From the NCBI RefSeq assembly GCF_009914755.1, contig NC_060932.1: DNA of 64,000 nucleotides; one strand, given 5' to 3'. Shown piece after piece: positions 25,207-40,471 of the stretch. The notes beneath the pieces were generated by a model, which ran no database searches, had not been told where the DNA came from, and saw only the letters and a list, made by a program, of their open reading frames with translations. The translations under genes and the position numbers were made by a program. Source of the DNA: the human T2T-CHM13v2.0 reference genome, Homo sapiens. Position 1 is the stretch's first letter, and each line of letters opens with the position of its first letter.

Positions 25207-26867
25207 GCTCTGTGCCCAAAGATTGCTTAAAAAACTGAATGAATCTGTGATTTAGAAACCTATCTCTGGCAGAGGGTGAACAAAAAACCGGAGTCTAGGG
25301 GAGGGAAGGAGGCTTAAGATAGAAGTGGTAGGAGGCTCTGCAGTGACCTAAACAGGAACTGGCAAAGCTTGAACCAGGAATGTGAAACGTCTAAAGTTAA
25401 TGTTTGTTTAAATTATAGTCATTCCTTTCTCAGCGAACTGTTTCTACACATTAAAGCACCAGCAAGTTTTATCTCATGGTTTAAACTAAAAAAATTTAAA
25501 TGTTAGTATAAAATCCCATAGTTTCACTTAATATGAATTACTGCTGGTCTATACATACAAGGAAAAAACAGTAGTCAAAACACACACATACACACACACA
25601 CACACACTATCATAAATGTGGTTTCTTGCTTTTGTCTGCAGGCAAAACACTATCAAATGACAGTGGCAACAGTCACAAGAAGGAATAACATACATTGACT
25701 AATGTGATCCTATTTCAAAGGCTGCTAGTAAAGATTGTCTTTTGCTTGCAAAACTAACTTTCATTAGAGCAGCATTCTGGATCTCTGTTCTCCCTTCACC
25801 TTTGATACTGATGTATTCCAAGAAGGCTATCAAGGATGTAGTAATTAATATATAGGTACCATCTCTTTCAAGACTGAGTCAGAACGTACCCTTAGTAGGA
25901 AGTCATTACTAACTGATCCATCTCCAACCATTACTTTTAATTTTACATCTTCTCCCCACCTAAATAATCCATCTCCATTCTATTACTTTCTATAGTTTCA
26001 AGTTCTCCTTTGGAATTTTTGTCAAGACTTTTCCTTCATACGTCAGTTCTCATCTAGATCCTAAGCAAATCTCTTGCCTCTGTACTGATAGAAGGAAATC
26101 TCTTGCCCTGAGCTCTGCCACTAGCTAGCTGTACAATCCTGAACAAGCCAGTTCACCTCTATAAAAAGAAGAAAGTGAGGAAACACTCTCACAAATTACT
26201 ACCAAGTAATGAAAGCGTTTCATTTCTTCTGACTTCTCCTCTGGCACCTAGGCCAGTCCCCCGTAGGCAGCGAGCACTCAAGAACTGGTTTGTCCAGTAA
26301 AAAACATAAGCATACTCTTCTTTTGGGAAGGGGGAGTCCTTCATCTCAAGGAGAAGAATTGCTGTTTCACCAAACTAAATAGTCATAAATACTGAACTCT
26401 AAAATATCAGACTTCTGTGGTCTAGGAAAGGTCAAAATTGCATTTGGAAGTAAATGTCAGAGGCTGCAGGATAATTCACAGCCTGTGGCAAAAATGGACA
26501 CAGGGAATCTGAGTGGTTTCTGCTTTCACCACTAATTCTGAGGATGTGAGAAACTTGCCTAACTGCACTGTGCCTCTGATTCCCTTCGCAACTCCTACCC
26601 TGCAGGAATAATAATACAAAGAAAAATCTTTTGGATTGTAAAACGAAAACAATTCCTTGCAAGCAAATAAGGTCTTTATGAATTTGAAATGGAAATGTTA
26701 ATCACATTCTATGTCAAATGCAAAACAACACATTACTTAAACCCAAAGGAACTTTAACTTTGATTGGCAGAAAGAAAATAAATCCTATATCCTGTTTCCC
26801 TTTCAATCCAATTAGAAGCTTAGAACTCTGGGAAAGGAAGCGAGAAGTTTCTCTGTCAATGAGGGTG

Positions 26868-27841
<974 letters not shown>

Positions 27842-27856
27842 TAGATGAAAACTCAC

Positions 27857-28144
27857 TTTTTTTTTTTCTTTGAGACAGGGTCTCACTCCATCACCCAGGA
27901 TGGAGTGCAGTGGTGCGATCTCAGCTCACTACAGCCTCTGCCTCCCAGGCTCAAGCGATTTTCAACCTGCCTAGTAGCTGGGACTGTAGGTGTGTGCCAC
28001 TATGCACGCCTAATTTTTTATTTTTTAGTAGAGATGGGTTTTGACACATTGGCTAGGCTGGTCTCAAACTCCTGGCCTCAAGTGATCTGCCCATCTCGGC
28101 CTCCCAAAGTGCTGGCATTAAAGACATGAGCCACCAAACCCAGC
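27857..28144 (-). mobile_element. Alu (J/S-like)
   Basis: Reverse dimer; tgaaaact on both sides. Confidence 0.9.
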
Positions 28145-29580
28145 TGAAAACTGATTCTTAAGACGTGAAAAACTCTTACTGTTTTTATGTATAAAGCACA
28201 GATACAGATACACTACAAAAACAGATACACAGTATATCTGTGGTATTGCAATTCCACTAGGGGAAAAGAGAACTGTATTATTAGTAAACCTGGTGCACCC
28301 CAAAATGAAGCCATGCTAGGATATAAGACATGACATTGTCCAACCTGAGGGCCCCAAAGTTGAAACTTTCTGGAAAATATCATAATATCAGTTGCCAGAG
28401 GTTAACTTGGGGAGAGAGGATGAAAGGCACAGGATGGGGCTGGAAACAACAGGTTTTGCTATTTCTAGAAGCTTACACACAAAGTCAATCCTCAAACGCA
28501 TCCAGAACATGGGTTTTGGATGGAAATCAGTTTACTCTCCCATTGTACGGAAGCATCAGAGGCCTGGTGCTATCGTGTCTTCAGGTTCCCACAGCAGATG
28601 TCCTTCCTCCACCCTAAGGGGTCCTCAGTGGGAAGAAGCATGGATTTTCTTTAGCAAGAGGCAGAGCTACCCACAGCAAAGAAGAACAGACGTCCCTCAG
28701 ATGGGAAGGCCACCATGAGATACAGCCTGGGCCAGAACACAGCTTCAGACAAACCTGGCTCATCTCCCCGCAGGAAAAAATCACAGCCCAACTTGAGGTG
28801 GGAGAAGGGCCTTTTCCCTCTCTGCCAATGCTGTCAACAATACCGGGAAATTCCATCCATGGGGGCCATGCCCAGAAGACACAGAGATCCTCTTCTGGCT
28901 TGCCTTTCCTCCTGCTGCTTGCATTGCTTCTCTGCAAAGTGGACTAACTGCCTGTGACAACAGAGACATCTCACCCTACAGGGACCCTTGGGGGCTGTGT
29001 GCATCCACTATCCATCACCTGTGCAGCCAGGATCTTAGCAGAGAAGTCCTTCCAATATTCCTTTGAGAGCCACCTTGCCAGTGACACCTTTAATGCTAAC
29101 GTCTACCCAAACACTGTGATGTGTGGGAACAGTGGCATGATGGGAAGGGAACGGTGGCATGACGGGAAGGGCACTGGGAGCACACTGGGAGTTTCCACTT
29201 CAAATTCACAAAGACCTTATTTGCCTGCAAGGTCCAGGGAATTGCTCTGGCCCTCTCTGGGGTGAGCCACCCCATTCTGATTTCTGTCAAATGGGAACAT
29301 AAATCTCACCTTTGTTACCTTGTAGGATTTTGCAAAAATCAAGAGAAACTGTACTGCATCCATAATGCAACAATACCAGTTTCCAAAAACCAGTGATGGA
29401 AACTATGAAGGTGTGAAATTACCTCTCTGTAAAGTACTGCTTCCATTTATTTTCCACTTTAAATATTGCAAGCACTTTTAATCAACGAGGCGCCGGGAGC
29501 AGAGGCCAGCACATCTGCCAAACGTAAAAACTACTAAGGGAATCATTGCACAGATTTCTACTCACCTTTGCTCATGGTCA

Positions 29581-29763
<183 letters not shown>

Positions 29764-29844
29764 TCACTTAAAGTGACAGATCCAAGTAGTAGGTTTGTTC
29801 CTTGACATTTGGCCCTCTGAAACACCCCAGATATTTGCACCCAC

Positions 29845-30170
<326 letters not shown>

Positions 30171-30824
30171 TAAAATGGGTCTTAGAAGTGCAGCACCAAG
30201 TGGACCAGACAGTCATATCTGCAAATATTTCTGATCTCCCAGCGCAGGAATGATATTTGGAATACTGACAGACCATGACCAAGCACTGGGCATCACGCCT
30301 TGGGAGGGGGTGTGAAAGAGAGTCCTGGTGCCCCAGCCCCGCCAAACATTAACCCTTTACTTGCTGGCTCATGGGATCATCTTAAATGGTTGACTTTGGG
30401 TCAGGGTGACTTTGGGCAGTTGGACTAGACTTAGAGTGTCCAGGGTGGTTGCTCTTTATCAATTTACACAAAAGAATTTCTGTATTTTAGCAACTGGCAT
30501 GGCTGTGCCAGTGTTCATCAGCTCAATAGCAGCCTTGCCTATGAGTGGAGTCTGTGAAAGTCATTTTAGTACTGTGGGTTCTTTGTGCGAATAGCTCTTC
30601 TACCCTAGGTAACTGCCCAAAGGTACTCCTTTCTCTTTAGGGTTGGCAGTTTTCCAGCTCCACCTCCTCCCCACCTCGCTTTCTCCTGGGAATGTTCATG
30701 AAAGCTGACCTCCCAGTTGCAGACGGAAGAGGGGTTATGGACATGAACTTGGGAAAAGAGTCCCAGAATTATGGTGGCTGACAGGCCCATGATGTGGCCT
30801 CAAAGGAGAAGTCAAACCAGATGG

Positions 30825-31187
30825 TGACGTGGTTTGGCTGTGTCCCCACCCAAATCTCATCTTGAATTGTAGCTCCCATAATCCCCAGATATCCTGGAAG
30901 GGACCTGGTGGGAGGTAACTGAATGATGGGGACAGGTTTTCCCATGCTGTACTCATGATAGTAAATAAGTCTCAAGAGATTTGATGGTTTTGTACATGGG
31001 AGTTCCCTTACACACACTGTCTCGCCTGCTGCCATGATAGACTTCCCTTTGCTCCTCCTTCACCTTCTTCCATGATTGTGAGGCCTCCCCAGCCATGCAG
31101 AACTATGAGTCCATTAAACCTCTTTCCTTTATAAATTACCCAGTCTCAGGTGTGTCTTTATTAGCCGCGTGAGAACAGACTAATACA
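30825..31187 (+). mobile_element. THE1 (MaLR) solo LTR, antisense to CSGALNACT1
   Basis: TG..gtttggctgtgtccccacccaaatctcatcttgaattgtagctccc..gactaataCA; perfect 5-bp TSD gatgg (30820-30824 / 31188-31192). Confidence 0.93.
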
Positions 31188-31247
31188 GATGGTTTTCCTT
31201 TTCTTTGCTATTGAAGTAAAACAGGCTGATTCAGAAGCAGGACATCA

Positions 31248-31532
<285 letters not shown>

Positions 31533-32029
31533 TCACTCACATTCCCACATGTTGGCAGCATCCCCTGAGAAAATATGTAATCAGGGCCCATCCACATCTT
31601 GACCCATTTCTTTTGTAACCTGAGGGCACTGGGACTCCCCAAGAAGTTACAGAACGGCCCAGACTCACAGGATACTCACTGGGATCGAAGGTACCAAGAA
31701 CACCTAGTGGAGTTTTAACACTAATTTCTTCCTTGTTTCTCTGGCAGTTTCCCCGTATTGAAAACACTCTTGTCATCATTAATGACTATTCTTTGTGATG
31801 GAGAAAACTTGAACCAGGTAAGACTAGAAACACAACCCTGGAAAATCTTCGTGCATCCTGAGCCAACCGAATGAGGCCACTGAGCCAAGGAAATAAGATC
31901 ACATTGCAATGGCCCCACTTAGCATCTTTTCATCTGCATTCACATCCAGGAGCCAGGCAAAATGTTCTTGATGTGAATCTTTCCTCCAAACAGATTTAAA
32001 CCCAGATTCCTTCCGCATCCTCGGGTAAA

Positions 32030-32265
32030 GCAGCACAGCATGGCAGGAAAAATGACCAACTTGCAGTTAGAAGAGGACTGTTTCAGGCCTGGCTCTCCTA
32101 CAGATAGCTCTGTGATCTAGGCCAGCCCATGAATCTTCCTGAACCTCAGTTGCCTCATCTGCTAAATAGGTGTAGTAACACCTTCCTTCACTATCCCACA
32201 GGGTTATTAGTGAGATAAACAGTGCCAAGAGTATACAGCACTCTGTAAGCATCAGCTATTGCTGT
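32030..32265 (+). mobile_element. MIR remnant
   Basis: tagctctgtgatctaggccag..tgaacctcagttgcctcatctg..acagggttattagtgagataaa. Confidence 0.65.
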
Positions 32266-33138
32266 GATTAGCATGGGCAAGGATTCCCAGGCCCCAGGCA
32301 GTGAAGCCAGGATGTTTCTCGCATTCGTTGTTCTTTCCCAGGGACAGCAGAACCTTCTGAAATGGGGCCTGTCTTAAGCTAACGTTCCACGAATTCATTC
32401 CATGCCCAGTGGGACAGGTATTGTCTTCTACCAGATAATACTAGAGAACCACCTTCAGTCTTCTTTCAGCCTAGCAAATCCCTTTTCCTGTCAACGACAC
32501 CCTTCTTTTCCTAATGGCTTCCTTTCCTCTCACACTCCCCGTCCTACCAGCTACCTGGCCTATCCCCATGCCCCAACTTCTCTCTACTGTTTCTTTCCAA
32601 AAGGTACAGAAACTCATTTCCAGTTTGTAAAGTTTGCATTCCAAGTACCCGTCTCGGGTAAAGGCCAACGCAAACATAAAGTCATAAACTTTTAAAATGT
32701 TAAGTTGTATTTGTATCTGGAATTGAATCAGTAAAACTAGTTCTGCGACTCCCTCCTTGACTCATCTTCTTCTTTTGGATCTGGGAGTGAGCTTGGATTC
32801 TTATCTTAGGGATCAGTGAGCCCATGTCAGAGTTTGATGCCAAACATGCCTTTCAGATTTGGATCAGGTTAGGAGGCCTCATGATGGGTAGAGCACTGGT
32901 CTAGGAGTCTGGAAACCTGGATCCAGAACTAGAACTGTGCCTGGGGCCCCATAAGTGTTCAACAGATGTTTCTGAATGAGTGTATGAATGTATGAATCAT
33001 TCTAAACCTAGCTGTGCCTCTGATGGATTTGAGGCAAGTCACTCTACCCCTTTTGTCTCTGTTTCCAGGTACAAAATCCAGTGGTTACAGAGCTCAAATT
33101 CCCCTTTACACACTAAGACGCTATTTTTCTTTGGTTAA

Positions 33139-33473
<335 letters not shown>

Positions 33474-35960
33474 AAGACTCTATTTTTCCTATGATCCTGC
33501 ATTCACTTCAGCACCACTCTACATTTGCAGGGATTCTCTTCCTCTTTCAGAACTTTATCTTGAGTCTTTTCTCTGGGGGGGTGCCCCCATTGCACATTTT
33601 CTGTGTGTTGCATTGAAGTTATGCTCAAAACCTTTTCAGTATTAGGTATGGCACCAGTCAAGGACACGCTATCCTCCCGTCTCCAAAGACATTCAGATGG
33701 TGTGAGGTCACTGCGAGCACCTTCATGTCTCTTAGAGGTGTCTGCAGCCCCAGCTCCTGTAAGTCAGGTCAACCCATTTTTCCCTTCCCGGTTTGGTCAG
33801 TTTCCAGGAAAGGTTTACCCATGGGAGATGCCTGGATTTTTACCTGTTCATCTAAAGGCACCTGATCCTGGAGTCCATCTTGCTTTAACTTTCTATGTAT
33901 TTAATATATACAGCCAGTAGCAATTCTCTTTCTTCGCTGTTTCCAGGTTCCTATCTTTTGGGACCTCTTCCTCCCCATTATACAGGGATATCTTCTAACT
34001 TTCAGAGCACAAACACAATGTATGAGCAAGTCCTTCCTCACTCAGGTTGCACCTGACTCATAATTCAGGTACCTTCTCCAGGAGGGTTTCTAGGATCTAC
34101 TACAGGAGAGTTCAACTACAAAAATACCTGAACAACAGCAAGTGACTTTTGCCAAGGGAAGAAGAACATAGGCTCTTAATAGGCTGCATTAAATGAGCTG
34201 CGACATCAAGAATCTCCCCCTTGAACAGCCTACAGTCCATTTGTATAGATAGGCCAAATATTTACAAAAGTTAAATCATGTTGAGTAATTAAATAAGAAT
34301 ACAAGACAGTGTTAGAAACTGAGGAAACAGCATGAAAGAAATGACGAGTCTACAAGTGATTGATTAACTGCTGAGTGAACGGTAGAGACAGTGCTACAAA
34401 TTTAGAGGGAAGAGTGGTAATTTGGTGGTGTGCATGCTTACCTAATGCACAAGTTAATCTAGTTTATTCTGTGCATGAATCCCCTAACCCTGGCTTGAGC
34501 TGTTGCTAATAAATGCTGTTCTCTCCTCTGCTGCAACAGAGGATTGGGTACAGGATGGGCTTCCTGTCATAGTCATGGGAAAAGGGGTGGGAAGAACTTA
34601 AGGTACCTAGTGTCTGACATGACCTTAATTTGGAAGAACTTTTTTTTTAAGCCTTAAAATGTAAATCCCTATGCTTCCATGATGTGTTGCTTCTAGAGAA
34701 AGAAAATTCAGGCAAATGGATGCTGGGGAACACTTTATATGGCCTAATGCAAAAGGCAATTTGCTTCCTTTCTCTTCATGCAACCTTTCTACAAGGAAAA
34801 GACAATGCATGTTATATCCATGGCACTACCCAATCTGAATATGCATTTTGAATTCACTTCATGTGTCCACAGGCTGCACAGAAAGCCCTGGGAAGTGGTA
34901 CCCAGCTCTGTCCACGCACTGTTTCCATGTGGACCATATGGGGGCCGGCGCACACACACACAGCACCAGACACCTCGGCTTGCCTGTTCTCCCTGCCCCA
35001 CGCAGGACTCTGCCCTGATCTAGCTTTGCCTGGGACTTTCATCCACCCTGATCAACACTGGCCAGAAGGCAACATTGCTGGCTTGGCAGTATGGGTCCAT
35101 GTTAGAGCTGCTCTGAAGCCCTGACCACTCACCAGGTCCTGATGAGAGAGCTGAACATGAGTGTGCACAGAAGGCAGGGTGGGGACAGAGTCACTGCTGG
35201 CTTGGGAAGCACCATCAGGCAGTCACAGACACTGGAGAAGGCCCAGAGTGCTAACTCTGTCATCCATCTGTGTTTCCCAGGGTGGCTGCCAGGTCATTAT
35301 GCTCAGCTAGGGGTCCGTCTGAGGATGAATAATGGTACAATTTTCCTTCCTGATTCCTCAACCCAAGGCTTTTTTCCAATAAACCAGTGATCTGAAAGAA
35401 CCCCTCCAACTCCTCTCTTGCCATCAGGAAGAGCCTCTGATAATTACCAAGACCCTCTGCCAAAAAAGAGGACTGAACTGGAAAAACCATGAAAAAAAAT
35501 CAAGACAACTTCCTGTCTTTGCCAAACCTCCTGGGCCTAGAAGTGGGGCAGCCTCCTCATCTGAAACTTACCAGTACTGGCCATGTGGGCTCTAGAACAG
35601 GATATGACAAGATGAGGAGGAATTGGCTTCTTCAAGTAGTCAGGCCACTTATCAATGCCCCATATCCTCATTTTGAAGCAGTGCTCATTGGGCAGGGACT
35701 CCATCACTAGACTAGAGTGCCCCCTGCTCAACAGTGGATTGAAAGGCAGCAGAACCATTCAAACACAATGACACACTTCAACTCAAATCACTGATGTGCC
35801 CAACGTAGTGTGATGGTGTGGTTTGGGAAGGTCCGCACCATGGCCATGAGGCTGCAGCCCCCAAATGCAGACTGTAGTGGTTGCCAGGCAGGCATGCTGC
35901 TTTATTCTCTGTCCTGCTTCCCCCCTTCCAAGTAACCAGCCAGGAGCAGATGATTCCGAT

Positions 35961-36757
<797 letters not shown>

Positions 36758-38497
36758 TAACAGACGACTCACCAAGGTGTGGGCATGGCTGGGGCATCCT
36801 ATCTTCTCACTGTTCTCTTCCCTCAAATACGCGCTCTGCATCTACTCCTGCGAACATCACTCGGTCTTTAAGGCCCATGTCAAGAATCACCGCCCCTCCT
36901 GTGCCTCGCCGCAAACTTACAGTGCGCACTCTGAGCTCCCAACATTTGACCCAGCCCTGCCTCTGTCCCTCTGTGTCCTGGTGCCTTCAAGTGCCTTTGC
37001 TTGCACAGATCTGTATGAGGGGCTCTAGCAGACTCCACAGGCTTCAAGGACAGCAATTGCCTTACTTTTTTTCTACCTTCAGAGATTATCCAGCACTGTG
37101 CAGTAAACGGCACACACGGGGTGACCAATATCCACTGGACGAATCAAGAGCTGAACAAATGGAAAACACAGGCACATTTCAGATCTGTCCTGAGGAGGGT
37201 GCTGCATGGAGATGCCTCCCTGCCAAAGAAAGCTCAGCCCACTCAGATGGGCACCAGAGAAACCCCTCCCTTGTGTATATACACCCACCTCCAACATCAG
37301 AAAGAGGCTGTGACCAATGGATTCTGAAGGACAGGCACAAACCCAAGCTTTTAAGAAGATGAAAAATATGTAAATAACAGAAAAGAGATGAGAAAAATAC
37401 ACTGCAATATGGTTCAAAGTTGAAGTTACTCATACAAAGAAATACAATGTTTAGTGTTACCCTAAAGCAATGGCAAAGAAATGTGCATTTATTACGGTAG
37501 GATGGGGGCACTACATTTTATATTACATAACTTCCTGTTATGAAACTGAACGTGCAGTTCCACTAACATCACATGATTTGCTTATAATTATTTCTTTTTC
37601 TTTTCTTGAATTGTATTATCAACTGACAAAACTCTTCCATTTCCCAGTCAATTCCTGTTTTTATATAATAAATCTGGTGCACGGAGACTCCTCTAAGTTA
37701 CACAGAGTCATTTTTATAGAGGTTATAATGACCTGACAAAGCTACTGTTTCTACAGGAGATTTAATTTCCCTAATTGACTTGCATTTCCCAGAATTACTG
37801 GATTAAAAACGATAGATCTTCCTGTCTAATATGATTTACTCTAATATAGACTTTTCCCCACAACTGCAAGGATAGTCTCTTCATGTAACGCTTCTCACAA
37901 TAGCCTTTCATTGTAAAAAATCTTTAAAAATTTACATAGAAAACTAGTATTATATCCAATGTATGATTTTAAATCTCACAGCTCTAAATACTGAAATCAC
38001 TTATGAGCTCTACTTCTTGAAGATATTGGAATACAGTGAAGAATTTAAAGCTGAACATGTTATCATCCAATTTTTCATAGTAGGCACTTTAAATAATTAA
38101 TTTAGAATTGCCTAGATTCTGAGCTTCTTTAAGCCTGTTTTAGCAAGTTTCTTTAGGAACTTCATTTTTGCCTTTCCATCGGTTCTAAAAGTTCATGTGA
38201 GCATGAGGCACAGTTCATTAAGAAGAGCAAATGAACATCTCTGAATCTCAGAATGGTCACAATGCAGGCATCAGCTGATTAGAATTCACCATCTTCCAGG
38301 CTACATCCTCAGATTGTCTTTTCTTGCCCACCGAATGCATACAATTTTGTTTTGTTTGCTTGTGTTTTGAATCGAGAAATCAAAGCCAGCTTCAGCGGGC
38401 ACCAAACAAATTTGCCGATGCACAGGAAAATGGTGAGATTCAAACATCTGGCATGAGGCCTCCAGCATGGAGTTTCCTTAGAAAATTAGGGGGTGGC

Positions 38498-38792
38498 AGC
38501 CGGGTGTGGTGGCTCATGCTTGTAATCCCAGCACTTTGGGAGGCCGAGGCGGGCGGATCACGAGGTCAGGAGATCGAGACCATCCTGGCTAACACGGTGA
38601 AACCCTGTCTCTACTAAAAATCCAAAAAATTAGCCAGGCATGGTGGCGGGCACCTGTAGTCCCAGCTACTTGGGAGGCTGAGGCAAAAGAATGGTGTGAA
38701 CCCAGTGGGCGAAGCTTGCCGTTAGCCGAGATCGCGCCACTGCACTCCAGCCTGGGCAACACAGCAAGACTCCACTTCAAAAAAAAAAAGAA
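38498..38792 (+). mobile_element. Alu (Y-like)
   Basis: ggatcacgaggtcaggagatcgagaccatcctggctaacacgg; 18-bp TSD agaaaattagggggtggc (38480-38497) / agaaaattagagggtggc (38793-38810). Confidence 0.95.
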
Positions 38793-39211
38793 AGAAAATT
38801 AGAGGGTGGCAATCTTAACACCATGCCAAGCCCTCATGCACCTTTGCCACAGGGAAGTGTGAGTAACTGTGCACAAGGCAAGTGAGGAAGGGAAGCCTTC
38901 TTCCTAATCAGTGTATCTCCCTGTGCCCCAGGTGAGGGAAGCAGTCTCATCGTAGGTGTAGGATAAGACACATAAAGAACCTGGGCAGAGGCTCAAGGTT
39001 GCTACCTTAGGAGGACACAATCCTTCCTCCTTCTCCTCTGGATCCCCTGCAGGTGGCCTCCATCCTCAGACTTAGCTCATTGCATGTGCCATTTCTCCTT
39101 GCTCTGTAAAGTCTGGATGGATAATTCCCAGCTCCTGTCTTGCCCTGCACCCTGAGGCATGCATCCCTCCGTTTCCCACACAATACCCGAATGTACACCA
39201 GCATCGGAGTC

Positions 39212-39582
39212 TGTATCAGTCTGTTTTCACACTGCTAATAAAGACATATCGAAGACTGGGTAATTTCTAAAGGAAAGAAGTTTAATTGCCTCACAGTTCC
39301 ATGTGGCTGGGGAGGCCTCACATTCATGGCGGAAGGCAGAAGAGGAGCAAAGTCACATCTTACGTGGCGGCAGGTGAGGGAGAATGAGAACCAAGCAAAA
39401 GAGATCTCCCCTTGTAAAACCATCAGATCTCGTGAGACTTATTCACCACCATGAGAACTGTGTGGGGGAAAATGCCCCCATGATTAAATGCTCTCTCGCC
39501 AGGTCCCTCCCACAACACGTGGGAATTACGGGAGCTACAGTTCAAGATGAGACTTCGGTGGGAACACAGCCAAACCATATCA
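39212..39582 (-). mobile_element. THE1 (THE1B-like) solo LTR, sense to CSGALNACT1
   Basis: tgtatcagtc..ctaataaagacat..cacagccaaaccatatca; TSD gagtc / gagac. Confidence 0.92.
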
Positions 39583-39813
39583 GAGACTTTCCTCAAAAAG
39601 CCTGGGTAAGCTGCCCTACATAAGGACTGGCGAATAGTGGATACTGTGCTTTTACATCATTAAGTACGATGCTTCTTTTATGTCTTAAATAAACTACTAT
39701 ACAGCAGCACGTTCAATTTGGTTCCACAGAGGGAAAGTATGCCTGGCTCTGCAGAGGACACAAGGTGTTTAAGACATTGATTAGGACAAAACACCCTTCT
39801 CACATAAGACATG

Positions 39814-39816
<3 letters not shown>

Positions 39817-39870
<54 letters not shown>
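39817..39870. repeat. (TG)27 microsatellite
   Basis: Direct reading; sits at the tail of the L1MB-type element. Confidence 0.95.
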
Positions 39871-39874
<4 letters not shown>

Positions 39875-40163
39875 CATGCTGTGTATTTATATGTATACTT
39901 TTTATTGAGTTAAAATTCACACAACATAAAATTTTAAAGTGTATAAATCAGTGTCATTTAGTACATTCGCGATGCTGTAAACCGTCACCTCTTTCTAGTT
40001 ACAAAATGTTTTCATCACCCCAAAAGGAAATCCTATACCCAAGAAACAGTCAGTTCTAATCCCCTCATATCCCCAGCCCCTGGCAACTCTTAATCTACTT
40101 TCTGTCTTCATGGATTTATGTATAAAGAATATTTCCTATAAATGGGATTATACATTATCAACC

Positions 40164-40471
40164 TTTTTTGTTGTTGTTGTTTTTCTTTTGAGACAGAGTC
40201 CTACTCTGTCACCCAGGCTGGAGTACAGTGGTGCAATCTTGGTTCACCACAACCTCCACCTCCTGGTTTCAAGTGATTCTCCTGCCTCAGCCTCCCCAGT
40301 ACCTGGGATTACAGGTGTGAGCCACCACACCTGGCTAATTTTTATATTTTTAGTAGATATGGGGTTTCACCATGTTGGCCAGGCTGGTCTCAAACGCCTG
40401 ACCTCAGGTGATCTGCCTGCCTCAGCCTCCCAAAAGGCTGGGATAACAGGCGTGAGCCACTGCACCTGGCC
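40164..40471 (-). mobile_element. Alu (Sx-like) inside L1
   Basis: Reverse dimer; TSD attatcaacc / attattgacc. Confidence 0.93.

Noticed and set aside
30914-30926. DUX4 sites in the three THE1 LTRs
   Set aside because: All three deviate from the TAAYYBAATCA-type consensus (TAACTGAATGA, GCATTTAATCA, TCATTGAATCA), so DUX4 control is not supported.
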